Under the pieces are notes generated by a model. That model searched no databases, was not told the DNA's origin, and worked only from the letters and a program-made list of their open reading frames with translations. This document shows positions 28,453 through 38,055 of a stretch of DNA of 64,000 nucleotides, in pieces; position 1 is the first letter of the stretch, and the number at the start of each line of letters is the position of its first letter. This DNA comes from an uncultured Candidatus Bathyarchaeia archaeon (GTDB lineage: Archaea; Thermoproteota; Bathyarchaeia; Bathyarchaeales; DTEX01), in contig CAYSKG010000003.1 in NCBI GenBank assembly GCA_964431725.1, positions 2,215-66,214 on the forward strand, read 5' to 3'. The translations under genes and the position numbers were made by a program.

Positions 28453-30693
28453 TTGCTTGTTGAAGATCTCGATATTCATTCAGAAGTTAAGAGGGTTATT
28501 CTCGAAGCAGGTATAAAAGAACTGTTTCCCCCTCAAGTTGAAGCAATAAAAGCTGGCGCTCTTGAGGGGCAGAATCTGCTTTTGGCAAGTCCAACGGCGT
28601 CTGGGAAGACTTTGGTGGCAGAATTATGCGCTCTAAAACATGTTCTGGAAAACGATGGGAAAGTCCTATATTTAACTCCCTTGAGGGCTCTAGCTAACGA
28701 GAAGTATGAAGAATTCAAGAAATATACGGTGATTAGAAAACCTAATGGAAGGAAAATAAGTGTTGGAATAAGTACTGGCGACTTTGACAGCAATGATGCA
28801 TGGCTTGGAAGATTTGATATAATCATCACCACAAATGAGAAGTGTGATTCGCTACTTAGACATAGAGCTCCATGGGTGAGCGAGATCTCGCTTGTAGTTG
28901 CGGATGAAATTCACCTACTTAACGAGGTGGAAAGAGGACCGACTCTTGAAGTTGTTTTGGCGCGTCTAATGCATCTCAATCCAGACATTCAGATACTGGC
29001 TTTAAGCGCCACCGTTAGAAACTCGGATGAAATTGCTGAGTGGCTTAGAGCTAGGGCGATAACAACCGAATGGAGACCAGTTAAACTCCGTGAGGGAATA
29101 TTGTTTAATGATGAAATTCAGTTTAAGGATGGTGGTTCAATAAGAATAAATCGTATCGTTAAGAATCCGATAATAAATTTAGCGTTATATAGCGTCAAAC
29201 ATGGCGGTCAAGCGTTGATTTTTGCTTCTTCAAGGAGAAATGCTGTTAGCCTAGCTAAGAAATCTGCTCCCGAAGTAAGCGGTTTATTATCTAAGTCTCT
29301 AAAGCGCTCGCTGAATAGCTTAGCTGAAAAGATTCAATCCTCCGGAGAGAGAACTAGACTGAGCGATTTACTAGCAAATCTGGTTAGAAACGGCGTAGCT
29401 TTCCATCACGCTGGCCTATCTGGCGTTCACCGCAGAATAATTGAAAATGCGTTCCGCAACGGGAGAATTAAGGTTTTAACGGCTACTCCGACTCTGGCTT
29501 TTGGCGTAAATCTACCAGCCAGAATGGTTATTATAAGTGATTATAGGCGTTATGAACCGGGATATGGCTACTATCCCATATCGGTTCTCGAGTATAAGCA
29601 GATGATAGGGCGGGCTGGTAGGCCGAAATATGATGAAGTAGGCGAATCTATTCTTATCGCCAGAACGGATGAGGAGCGCGACTATTTGTTAACGAGCTTT
29701 GTTCTCGCTAAACCTGAGAGAATATGGTCTAAGCTAGGTGTTGAAAGAGTTCTGAGAAGTCATGTTCTTGCAACTATAGCTTCAGAGTTTGCTTATTCGG
29801 AGCAAGGTGTGTACGAATTTTTTAACAGAACCCTCTATGCTTTCCAATATGATTTAAGAGCCATTAGAGGTGTGATAGCTAGAATACTGAAGTTTCTTTA
29901 TGATGAGGGTATGATAAAATACGAGGGGAATTTTATTCGATCAACGGAGTTTGGTTTAAGGGTTTCGCAGCTTTATATTGATCCGGTTTCGGCGGTGGTT
30001 ATTCGAAAGGCATTCAAAAGGAGAGCTTCTAAAATCACAAATCTGAGCTTTCTTCACATGATAGCGCATACTCCGGACATGTCCCCTAAGGTTAGACCTA
30101 CATCAAGCCAGATAGATCAGATAGCTCTTTTCGCGGATGAACACCGCAATGAGTTCTTCTTTGAGGTGCCCGATGAATGGGTTGACAGAATAGATTATGA
30201 AGAGTTTCTTGGAGAGGTTAAGACGGCTTTGGTCTTGAATGCTTGGATTGAAGAGTATTCTGAAGACGACATTATTGAATATTTCGGGGTTGAGCCTGGA
30301 GACCTATATCACTTAACTGAGACAGCTAAATGGCTTCTATATGCCTCCTATGAGCTTGCGAAACTGTTGGGTCATAAGGATTTGCTCCCTAAGCTGGCGG
30401 AGCTGATGGAGAGGGTTGATAAGGGTGTTAGAGCCGAGCTGATACCTCTTGCCAGACTTGAAGGGGTGGGCAGGGTTAGAGCGCGAATACTATATGATGC
30501 GGGATTAAGAACAATTAAGGATCTGAAGAGGGCGCCGATAAGTAAACTAATGGAATTACCTTTAATAGGATCTAGGATAGCTAAGAGAATAAAGGAACAG
30601 GTGGGAGGAACAGTTAGTCAGGAAGATTGGAGAAAATTAACGGAAGGAGGACAGAGAGAACAGCAATCATTAACAGAATACTATAAGAAATGA
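28453..30693 (+). CDS. hel308: Hel308/Hjm Ski2-like DNA helicase
   Basis: ASPTASGKT, VADEIHLL, LSATV, FHHAGL, ATPTLAFGVNLPA and a C-terminal HhH-like domain, 746 aa. Confidence 0.9.
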   Translation: MLVEDLDIHSEVKRVILEAGIKELFPPQVEAIKAGALEGQNLLLASPTASGKTLVAELCALKHVLENDGKVLYLTPLRALANEKYEEFKKYTVIRKPNGRKISVGISTGDFDSNDAWLGRFDIIITTNEKCDSLLRHRAPWVSEISLVVADEIHLLNEVERGPTLEVVLARLMHLNPDIQILALSATVRNSDEIAEWLRARAITTEWRPVKLREGILFNDEIQFKDGGSIRINRIVKNPIINLALYSVKHGGQALIFASSRRNAVSLAKKSAPEVSGLLSKSLKRSLNSLAEKIQSSGERTRLSDLLANLVRNGVAFHHAGLSGVHRRIIENAFRNGRIKVLTATPTLAFGVNLPARMVIISDYRRYEPGYGYYPISVLEYKQMIGRAGRPKYDEVGESILIARTDEERDYLLTSFVLAKPERIWSKLGVERVLRSHVLATIASEFAYSEQGVYEFFNRTLYAFQYDLRAIRGVIARILKFLYDEGMIKYEGNFIRSTEFGLRVSQLYIDPVSAVVIRKAFKRRASKITNLSFLHMIAHTPDMSPKVRPTSSQIDQIALFADEHRNEFFFEVPDEWVDRIDYEEFLGEVKTALVLNAWIEEYSEDDIIEYFGVEPGDLYHLTETAKWLLYASYELAKLLGHKDLLPKLAELMERVDKGVRAELIPLARLEGVGRVRARILYDAGLRTIKDLKRAPISKLMELPLIGSRIAKRIKEQVGGTVSQEDWRKLTEGGQREQQSLTEYYKK

Positions 30694-30928
30694 AGATTTT
30701 CAGGGCATTAATCCCTCTTCCCCGATTTATGTGAAAATTTACATCCAATAGAAAATTCTCAAATTAATAGATGACCCCCTCCCCCCGACTAATAAAATAA
30801 GTATTCTAGGAACAAATTTTCGAAAAAGATAAAATGAAGGGTTCTCACTATACTATCATAGCGCTGATGATTAGAGATTAAAATAATTGCCATCGCTGTC
30901 TAGTGGATGGATGGGGGAGGTGAGAAAG

Positions 30929-31201
30929 ATGCTTTCGGATCTCGAAGGGGTTATTGTTAATTATAGGAGGGGACCTAGAACCCAGAAATCCCGAGAATGC
31001 CTGATATTGTTTTCTAATATTCGCTCTAGGAGAGAAGCAAGCCAGCTAATAGGACGTAAAGTAGCGTGGTCTGATGGAAAAAATAACACTATTGTTGGAA
31101 CTATTCTTTCACCGCACGGGAATAAGGGTTTAGTTAGAGTGAGGTTCAGAAGGGGGTTACCAGGGCAGGCGTTAGGGAAAACCGTGAGGATAGTTGGTTA
31201 A
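30929..31201 (+). CDS. rpl35ae: Ribosomal protein eL33 (L35Ae)
   Basis: GVIVNYRRGPRTQ...GKVAWSDGKNN...HGNKGLVRVRF. GGAGGTGA lies 5 nt upstream of ATG 30929; the ORF track starts earlier, at 30887. Confidence 0.88.
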   Translation: MLSDLEGVIVNYRRGPRTQKSRECLILFSNIRSRREASQLIGRKVAWSDGKNNTIVGTILSPHGNKGLVRVRFRRGLPGQALGKTVRIVG

Positions 31202-31230
31202 AAACTTTTCTTCTAGTTTCTTAGCAGGGA

Positions 31231-31815
31231 TCACTTTAGAGTTCTCATTATTCCCCTCGCTAGGAGACGAGCTATTCTTAACGGTTCAGGTATGGCGCCA
31301 TGAAGTGTGAACTTGTTCAATACGCCCTTCGCTTCTTCAAGGTTCATGCCTAGAAATCTGACGTAAACATTGTGTCCGGTGTGGAGAACCATAGGGGTTC
31401 GAGGGCCATTTTTACGGTATATCTCTATTCGCTTATCGTAATCCTCGGGGAATAGCTCCACAAAATATTTCTCCAATCCCTCAGACTTTTCGTAGGTTAC
31501 GCATATCAGTGGAAGTTCTAGTTCCCTATAGACCCTATGTAAGTCAATTACATTATACCAGCTTATAACGCAGCCATTTAGCATTAAAATATTTATGTCG
31601 TCTCTTTTCAAAGCCTTATACATGTCGATTATCTTATCGGTTGCATCCATGCCGCCAACGGTAGCTCTGGAGAAAACGAAGCCATCAATAATATGATCGC
31701 TTCTTAAAACTACGCCAGCCAAGATTGATTTGTTGCTTATGCCCTTAATGAAGCTCTCTGAGATTCCTAGGGCTCTGAAAGCTTTCTTGTGGACGTGGAG
31801 ACGCAATACATACAC
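31231..31815 (-). CDS. DUF99 / UPF0215 protein (endonuclease V-like fold)
   Basis: ALGISESF...ILAGVVLRSD..IDGF.F...VGGMDAT pattern typical of the archaeal DUF99 family. Confidence 0.6.
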   Translation of the reverse strand: MYVLRLHVHKKAFRALGISESFIKGISNKSILAGVVLRSDHIIDGFVFSRATVGGMDATDKIIDMYKALKRDDINILMLNGCVISWYNVIDLHRVYRELELPLICVTYEKSEGLEKYFVELFPEDYDKRIEIYRKNGPRTPMVLHTGHNVYVRFLGMNLEEAKGVLNKFTLHGAIPEPLRIARLLARGIMRTLK

Positions 31816-31832
31816 CTAATTTAAGCGGGGTT

Positions 31833-32540
31833 TCATTCTATCCTAAAGTATATGCGCTTATGGCGCCTACCTTTGCTCTCAATCTTTAGAAGCCTTATTT
31901 GCCCAACTTCTTTGAGGTTTCTAACATGTGTTCCTCCATCAGCTTGTTTATCAATACCTACGATCTCAACTATGCGTAGTTTGGGTATGTTAGGCGGAAG
32001 CGCCTCCGCCATCTTAATGACTCCCGGAATCTTCAGGGCTTCTTCTCTTGGAAGCTCATACCATATAACAGGGATATCCTTCTTCAGTAGTTTATTAGCT
32101 TCGTTCACGCATTCCATGATTAAATCTCTATCTAGCTTCTCTAGGTTAAAGTCAAAGCGAATTTTATCTTCTTCAATCTGATTTCCGGTTACAAGCGCGC
32201 CGGTTTTATTGCATACTATTGACGCGAAAAGATGGGCGGCTGTGTGACTGCGCATAAATTTGTAGCGTCTATCCCAATCTAAGACACAATGAACCCTATC
32301 ACCCTCCTTTAAACCCTCTCTATCAACTTCATGAGATATCTCACCGCCAAACTTACCGACATAAATAACATTAAAAACCTCGTTGCCACGTATTATTTTG
32401 CCTGTGTCCCACGGTTGACCTCCGCCTCTAGGATAGAAGATTGTTTGGTCTAAGACGACATATCTACCATCCGTAACTTTAACAACGGTTGCATCGCACT
32501 CCCTAAGGTAACTATCCTCTAAATATAGAGCCTTAACCAA
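31833..32540 (-). CDS. alaX: AlaX-type alanyl-tRNA editing protein
   Basis: HTAAHLF Zn motif, GGTHVRNLKEVG and an N-terminal beta-barrel, 235 aa. Confidence 0.8.
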   Translation of the reverse strand: MVKALYLEDSYLRECDATVVKVTDGRYVVLDQTIFYPRGGGQPWDTGKIIRGNEVFNVIYVGKFGGEISHEVDREGLKEGDRVHCVLDWDRRYKFMRSHTAAHLFASIVCNKTGALVTGNQIEEDKIRFDFNLEKLDRDLIMECVNEANKLLKKDIPVIWYELPREEALKIPGVIKMAEALPPNIPKLRIVEIVGIDKQADGGTHVRNLKEVGQIRLLKIESKGRRHKRIYFRIE

Positions 32541-32589
32541 CTGGGAAGCACCACAGAAAATATGAACAGAAACATGGATTTATGCTTTT

Positions 32590-34329
32590 TCAATCAACAA
32601 ATAGATTTACGATTTTGAGGTTCTCAGCGTCAATAAGGCCGAAGTCAGTGATTTTAAGCTTGGGTATAACGGGTAGCGAGAGAAAAGATAATGCCATAAA
32701 CGGATTCTCAATCTTACAGCCCAGCTTGGCGGCAGCTTCTTTAAGCGCTTTAGTTTTTTCAGCTATCTCACTTGCATCTGAAAAAGTCATTAACCCAGCT
32801 ACCGGAAGTGGAAGTTCTCCTAGAACTAACCCATTCTTAATTATGACGAAGCCTCCATTAATTTCTCTAAGCCTTAGAATCGCCCTATAAATGTCTCTAT
32901 CATCCACACCGACAGCAACAATGTTATGGGAGTCATGCGCAATTGTGGAAGCTAGAGCGCCGCTCTTGAGCCCAAATCCTCTTACAAAACCCTTGCCAAC
33001 TCTACCAGTCCCCTTATGTCTCTCTATAACGCAGATCTTCAGTACATCCCTTTTTGGGTCGGCTTTAACCTCGCCATTAACTATCCTCAGCTCTTGGCGG
33101 ATTTCCTCAGTAACTATTTGATTTTCCACCAACCCTATAACCCTCACAATAGTTTTACCGAACTTCTTGTGGGGATGCTTAATGCATAAATCATCAAGCC
33201 TTAATTTACCCATGTTAATCGATTCCATCAACGAGGAGAACGATTTTTCCACCTTAACTCCAGCACCCAAATATCTTCCATCTTTCGCAACTACTTTCCC
33301 ATCTATCAAAACAGCTTTAGCCCTAAACTCTCTTAGATCACTCACGACAACCATATCCGCCGATTTTCCAGGTGATAAACCGCCTAGACTTTTGAGTCTA
33401 AAGTATTCAGCAGGCTTGATAGTAACCATTTTTACAGCATCTACTGGATCCAGCCCTTCCTCAACAGCTCTTCTTAAACAATGATCCATGTGACCCTCAT
33501 GCAGTATATCGCCTGCATGTTTATCATCGGTTACAAACATGACTCTCTCAGGACAGCCCTTGGAGACTACATTTATGAGGCTTGAGATCGCCTTAGCGAT
33601 TGAACCTTCACGGATCATAATCCACATTCCAAGCGTAAGCTTCTCCTTAGCTTCCTCAAGGCTGGTTACCTCATGATCTGAGCTTATTCCAGCTAGAGCA
33701 TATGCACATAAATCATCACCTCTTAAGCCGGGTGCATGTCCATCAATGATCATTCCTTCACACGCTCTTATCTTGTCTAGAATAGCTTTATCCTTATTGA
33801 TTACGCCCCTATAGTTCATGACTTCACCTAAACCTAGAACCCGCTTGAAACGCTTCAGTATTTCTATCTCTTTTAAGCCTATTTCGGCTCCAGCCGTCTC
33901 GAGATTTGTTGATGGAACAGATGATGGAATCATAAAATAAAATTTTAGTGGGGTTCTCTCCGCATCTTCTATCATAAATCTTATACCATCCAAACCCGCG
34001 ACATTTGCGATTTCATGTGGATCGGCTATAACGCAGCATGTTCCATGTGGAATAACTGCTCTTGCAAACATGCTTGGGGTCATAAGCGAACTTTCGATGT
34101 GAACGTGTCCATCAATATATGCCGGTAAAATATACCCGGAGGGAAAATTTATAATCTTTTTAGTTGGCTTAGGGCTATGACCAACATAGGCTATGAGTCC
34201 ATTCTTCACGCCAACGAAGCCATCAAAAATATTGCCGCTGTAAACATCAACTATCCTCCCAGAAACCAAGATATCTAAGGGCGATGAGCCTAAGCAAGCG
34301 TCTATTAAAGACTCTACCATATCAATCAT
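32590..34329 (-). CDS. ade: Adenine deaminase
   Basis: 579 aa amidohydrolase with YIDGHVHIESS, DGHAPG and TDD motifs, and a C-terminal Ade-specific domain. Confidence 0.8.
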   Translation of the reverse strand: MIDMVESLIDACLGSSPLDILVSGRIVDVYSGNIFDGFVGVKNGLIAYVGHSPKPTKKIINFPSGYILPAYIDGHVHIESSLMTPSMFARAVIPHGTCCVIADPHEIANVAGLDGIRFMIEDAERTPLKFYFMIPSSVPSTNLETAGAEIGLKEIEILKRFKRVLGLGEVMNYRGVINKDKAILDKIRACEGMIIDGHAPGLRGDDLCAYALAGISSDHEVTSLEEAKEKLTLGMWIMIREGSIAKAISSLINVVSKGCPERVMFVTDDKHAGDILHEGHMDHCLRRAVEEGLDPVDAVKMVTIKPAEYFRLKSLGGLSPGKSADMVVVSDLREFRAKAVLIDGKVVAKDGRYLGAGVKVEKSFSSLMESINMGKLRLDDLCIKHPHKKFGKTIVRVIGLVENQIVTEEIRQELRIVNGEVKADPKRDVLKICVIERHKGTGRVGKGFVRGFGLKSGALASTIAHDSHNIVAVGVDDRDIYRAILRLREINGGFVIIKNGLVLGELPLPVAGLMTFSDASEIAEKTKALKEAAAKLGCKIENPFMALSFLSLPVIPKLKITDFGLIDAENLKIVNLFVD

Positions 34330-34440
34330 GAAAATATCTCTATTGGAAATAGATTTATCGGTTTCTTAGTTAACTGGCTGAGAATAGAACATTCATTCAA
34401 TTAATATTGGCCCAAGGATCCGTCTCTTCTGACAACATTA

Positions 34441-34517
34441 AATCTGATGATGAAACCGAAAATTCTCTCGCTTAACTTTAATGTTTACATGATCAATTGT
34501 AGTTTCATTATCAGATT
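34441..34517. repeat. 16-bp inverted repeat (hairpin with a 45-nt loop) in the HAD/ade intergenic region
   Basis: AATCTGATGATGAAAC (34441-56) pairs with GTTTCATTATCAGATT (34502-17). This is 15 Watson-Crick pairs plus one G:T on the plus strand. Confidence 0.6.
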
Positions 34518-34592
34518 AAATTGATTTCTTTTTAGTCAAATAAGTACATTTGAAGGCTAATAATTATTTTGCCAATAATATTCAAGGGGCTT

Positions 34593-35261
34593 CTAAAGAA
34601 AACTAAGCAAATCTCTTAAGTCCTCAATGATTTCAAACCTTACGCAATTAGCAGTCTTAGATAACCTGCCTTCCTTTTTATCTTTTAATAGAATGAATCT
34701 TACACCAGCGTTTCTAGCGCATAATGCGTCTATCCAGTGATCCCCAACAAATATTGCTTCCTTAGTTTTAACTTGCAGAATCTTAAGCATCGTTAGAAGA
34801 TGCTCCGGATCAGGTTTGGAGTTGGATATTTCATCTCTAGCAATTATAGCATCAATGTATCTCTCTATGGAAAACTTTCTAACTATACTTATGGCGTAGT
34901 CTTTGCATCCGTTGGTTATGATCCCAATTTTGATGTCACGCTTCTTGAGATCATATAAAACCTCTAGGGCTCCCTTCCTTAATTTTGCATCATTTAAGGA
35001 TTCTAGTTCAACTTTATTCATAATAGCATTAACTTCATTATTGATTTTTCTAATGACATTCTCCGGCGTTTCTTTTTTACGTAAATCTTCAATAGCAGCT
35101 CTGAGAATCTCAAAGTTTAGCATATCTTCACTTAAAAGACTCGGTTGAACGCCAACATTAATTAGAAAATTAATTATTGAAGACTTCATTTTCTTATAGT
35201 TTATTCTAGAGTGAATTAAAGTATCATCAAGATCGAAGATCACAGCTTTTATATTAGTCAT
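34593..35261 (-). CDS. HAD-superfamily phosphatase
   Basis: Motif I VIFDLDDTLI, motif II ITNG, motif IV VGDHWIDA. Confidence 0.8.
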   Translation of the reverse strand: MTNIKAVIFDLDDTLIHSRINYKKMKSSIINFLINVGVQPSLLSEDMLNFEILRAAIEDLRKKETPENVIRKINNEVNAIMNKVELESLNDAKLRKGALEVLYDLKKRDIKIGIITNGCKDYAISIVRKFSIERYIDAIIARDEISNSKPDPEHLLTMLKILQVKTKEAIFVGDHWIDALCARNAGVRFILLKDKKEGRLSKTANCVRFEIIEDLRDLLSFL

Positions 35262-35368
35262 CTTCGATTACACCATTGCAGTAAACACTTAACCTAAATT
35301 TCAAAAATAAAAATATGTAAGCTTTTATATTGTTGAGAGATTTTAAAAGTATTTTCAGTTGACTTAGA

Positions 35369-36427
35369 ATGGAAAAGAAGTCGCTTGCAAATTTAGCTAT
35401 ATTCACATTTGTGGGGCTAGCGATATTTATCTTATACCTGTATTTCTTCGTTGGCTTTCAAGAGCTCATAGAAGTTTTTAGACAAGTTAATCCCTACAAG
35501 TATTCTGCCTATTACTCTTTAACGATAATCGCTATGATATTGAGCATGCTTTTTTATTCGATGAGCTGGAATGAGCTCATGAAAATTTTATCAATAGAAG
35601 TTGGTTTAAAAAATGCTTTTCTCTATTGTTGGTTGGGAAATTTTGTAGATCTAATTCTACCTTTCGAAACGGTCTCTGGCGAGATTACCCGAATCTTTCT
35701 GGTACATGGGGAGACGAAAGATTCTTCTGGAAAGATTGTTGCCACAGTTGTAGGACATCGCATAATAACAACGTTTATGACTTTAGGCGGTTTATTCTTA
35801 GCCACAGTATTTTTCCTTTTAAAATATGAGGGAAGTATCGAAATTTTATATCTTTTATTTGCGGTTCTATTAGGATCTCTGTTTCTAATAGGGGTTCTCC
35901 TTTATCTATCCTTAAAGAAGAACGCTACAGAAAAATTGGTTAACCTTCCGATAAAGGTAATTGACTTCTTGACACGGGGCCATTTTAATCTTTCGGGGGT
36001 TAAAAGTAGAGTGCAACAAAATCTATTACACTTTCACGATGGAATTAAAGCATTCGGCAATAATCTAAGGGCGTTAATAAAATCTGTTGTCTGCAGTTTT
36101 ATTGCTTGGCTCTTTCACCTAAGCGTATATTTCCTAGTTTTTTACGCGCTAGGCTTTAACGAGATATCTACAAAAATTTATGAAACAATCATAGTTTATT
36201 CAATAAGTGTGGCTGTTCAGACGGTGCCAATAGCTCCTCCGCTCGGACTTGTAGAGATAGTTATGACAAGCTTGTATACGCTATTCGGTATTCCAACCGC
36301 GGTTGGCGGAGCAGCAACATTACTTATAAGAGTTGTAACCTTCTGGCTTCAAATTTTGATCGGATATGCTGTAGCCCAATGGATAGGTGTAAAAAAGCTG
36401 CTTGCTCAACTCTACAAAAAACATTAA
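35369..36427 (+). CDS. Polytopic membrane protein, UPF0104/lysylphosphatidylglycerol-synthase-TM-region-like
   Basis: 352 aa with about 8 TM helices. Family assignment is by overall resemblance only. Confidence 0.45.
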   Translation: MEKKSLANLAIFTFVGLAIFILYLYFFVGFQELIEVFRQVNPYKYSAYYSLTIIAMILSMLFYSMSWNELMKILSIEVGLKNAFLYCWLGNFVDLILPFETVSGEITRIFLVHGETKDSSGKIVATVVGHRIITTFMTLGGLFLATVFFLLKYEGSIEILYLLFAVLLGSLFLIGVLLYLSLKKNATEKLVNLPIKVIDFLTRGHFNLSGVKSRVQQNLLHFHDGIKAFGNNLRALIKSVVCSFIAWLFHLSVYFLVFYALGFNEISTKIYETIIVYSISVAVQTVPIAPPLGLVEIVMTSLYTLFGIPTAVGGAATLLIRVVTFWLQILIGYAVAQWIGVKKLLAQLYKKH

Positions 36428-36470
36428 ACTTGATAAAAAGATTTTTTTATTATATTGCTAACTTTTTATT

Positions 36471-36827
36471 GTGGAAAAAATGAGACGGAAGCCGCTGAGA
36501 GAACTTGCGATACAATATTTTACTAGGAGAGGTTATAGGATAGAGAAAAGAAATCCAATTCAAGATTATAGTAATCCTTCAAGCAGAAGATATGATTTAA
36601 TCGTACAAAAAGGAGGGGCGACGTATCCAGTCTGGATTAAAGAATGGAATAGAACGGTTGGAGTGAATATTGTTATAAATATTGACAAAGCGGCTGAGAG
36701 CGCTGGATTTTCCACCCCGATCCTAGTGGCCGAAAAGTTTAGTGAACATGCAAGAGCCTATGCAAATCGCAGAGGAATAAAATTGATTACAAGATCAGAT
36801 ATCTTAAGAAGAATAAGAATTTTCTAA
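36471..36827 (+). CDS. Small restriction-endonuclease-fold (Mrr-cat/Rpb5-N-like) protein
   Basis: FTRRGYRIEK...RYDLIVQKGG..YPVWIKEW...ILVAEKFSEHARAYANRRGIKLI follows the alpha-beta layout of PD-(D/E)xK domains. ATG at 36480 is an alternative start. Confidence 0.4.
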   Translation: MEKMRRKPLRELAIQYFTRRGYRIEKRNPIQDYSNPSSRRYDLIVQKGGATYPVWIKEWNRTVGVNIVINIDKAAESAGFSTPILVAEKFSEHARAYANRRGIKLITRSDILRRIRIF

Positions 36828-37414
36828 AAATCACTTAAGTATTCTTCTAATTTTCCTTCGGATTCTATTTTACTAAGCCAATCTACAATTCCAACTTTAC
36901 ATTCTTTTACGCCATTAAGAACCTCTATCATCTCTTGAACAATTTCCTTCAAACTTTTTGATGTCGTATCAATCTCACAAACTTTATCAACGCCGCATCT
37001 TTTTACAGCATCATACAGGCAGACATCAAGGATTTCGGCGGCAAGATTCTCCTTAATCTTTCTCTCCTTATAAAAACGTTTTTCAAGAATCTTTCTCAGC
37101 TCTTCAGGGTCTTTTCTAAGCACAAAGACTAAACTCACTTTTTCCGGCGGCACAATGTCGGTTGCAAAATGTCCTTCGATAATTATATTTTGAGATTCAG
37201 AGAAATTAGAGATTAAATTCCGTATTCTTCTTGAAATCTTCTTCATATCCGCTATTAGGGTATCTCTTTTTTTATCAATTCCACAGTAAAGCTTTTCCTT
37301 CTTAACTAATTCGCTTATTGATATTACTTGTGCATCTATTTTGGATGCAAGTAACTTTGAGATTGAAGATTTCCCAACGCCGGGGGTTCCAGTAATCACT
37401 ATTATACGCTTAAT
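36824..37414 (-). CDS. Adenylate kinase isoform-6 / Fap7-type NTPase
   Basis: ITGTPGVGKSS P-loop. The GTG start (37399) would delete the beta-1 strand, and the frame opens after TAA at 37417..37415. ATT 37414 preceded by GGGTGA would give MKRIIVITGTPGVGKS. Confidence 0.7.
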   Translation of the reverse strand: MKRIIVITGTPGVGKSSISKLLASKIDAQVISISELVKKEKLYCGIDKKRDTLIADMKKISRRIRNLISNFSESQNIIIEGHFATDIVPPEKVSLVFVLRKDPEELRKILEKRFYKERKIKENLAAEILDVCLYDAVKRCGVDKVCEIDTTSKSLKEIVQEMIEVLNGVKECKVGIVDWLSKIESEGKLEEYLSDF

Positions 37415-37463
37415 TTATCTTCACCCGGATTCCTTTTGATCGTACTAAGGAAAGATTAATATT

Positions 37464-37916
37464 TTAAATTTTTATCCGCATATCTTCCTTTATGCTTCTT
37501 AAAACAACTGCTGTTTCGGTACTTATAATACCATCAATCATGCCTACTTCGTCAATTATCTTAGCTAGTTTTTTCTGATCCTCTGTTCGAACTTTAGCTA
37601 TAATATAGTATGAGCCGGTTACATCATAAATCTCGTAAACATCATCAATTTTGCTGAGAGCTTCAAGAACTTGCTGGAGCTTCTTGGGATCAACATTTAT
37701 TAGAATAAATGCTGTCAGGTTTTTTCCAAGTAGCTCAGGTGAAACTATAGCTGTGAAACCCTTTATAACCCCCTTCTTCAGGAGTTTTCTTACCCGAACA
37801 AAAATTGTTGCTTCACTCACATTCAGCTTCTTGGCTATCTTTCTGAAAGATGATCTTGCATTCTCCTGAAGCATTTTTATAATTTCTTTATCTATGTCAT
37901 CAATATCTAAACTCAT
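37464..37916 (-). CDS. Lrp/AsnC-family transcription regulator (LysM-like by context)
   Basis: N-terminal HTH FRKIAKKLNVSEATIFVRVRKL plus a C-terminal RAM domain. It is divergent from the lysW operon. Confidence 0.85.
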   Translation of the reverse strand: MSLDIDDIDKEIIKMLQENARSSFRKIAKKLNVSEATIFVRVRKLLKKGVIKGFTAIVSPELLGKNLTAFILINVDPKKLQQVLEALSKIDDVYEIYDVTGSYYIIAKVRTEDQKKLAKIIDEVGMIDGIISTETAVVLRSIKEDMRIKI

Positions 37917-38021
37917 TACACTCCCTTCAATAAGGAATTCTTAATTCAGTTATATAAATTATGTGATTAAAATAAATATTTTATCGTAAAATATTAAAGA
38001 ATCTTTGCAATTTCCGAAATA

Positions 38022-38029
38022 TTTATAAA
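38022..38029 (+). promoter_or_regulatory. Candidate TATA box for the lysW operon
   Basis: TTTATAAA lies about 27 nt upstream of the first open codon of lysW (38053-38056). Confidence 0.3.
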
Positions 38030-38055
38030 GAAAAACATTCTCTCCTACTTAAGGC

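Noticed and set aside
30863-30900. UGAUGA motif upstream of the L35Ae gene as a possible C/D-box sRNA
   Set aside because: There is no CUGA at the required ~12-nt spacing and no terminal D box. It is probably a chance match in a 5' leader.
34445-34517. C/D-box sRNA interpretation of the 34441-34517 hairpin
   Set aside because: The arms are fully Watson-Crick complementary, so there is no k-turn geometry. The 3' element reads UCAGA, not CUGA. I kept it only as a generic hairpin.
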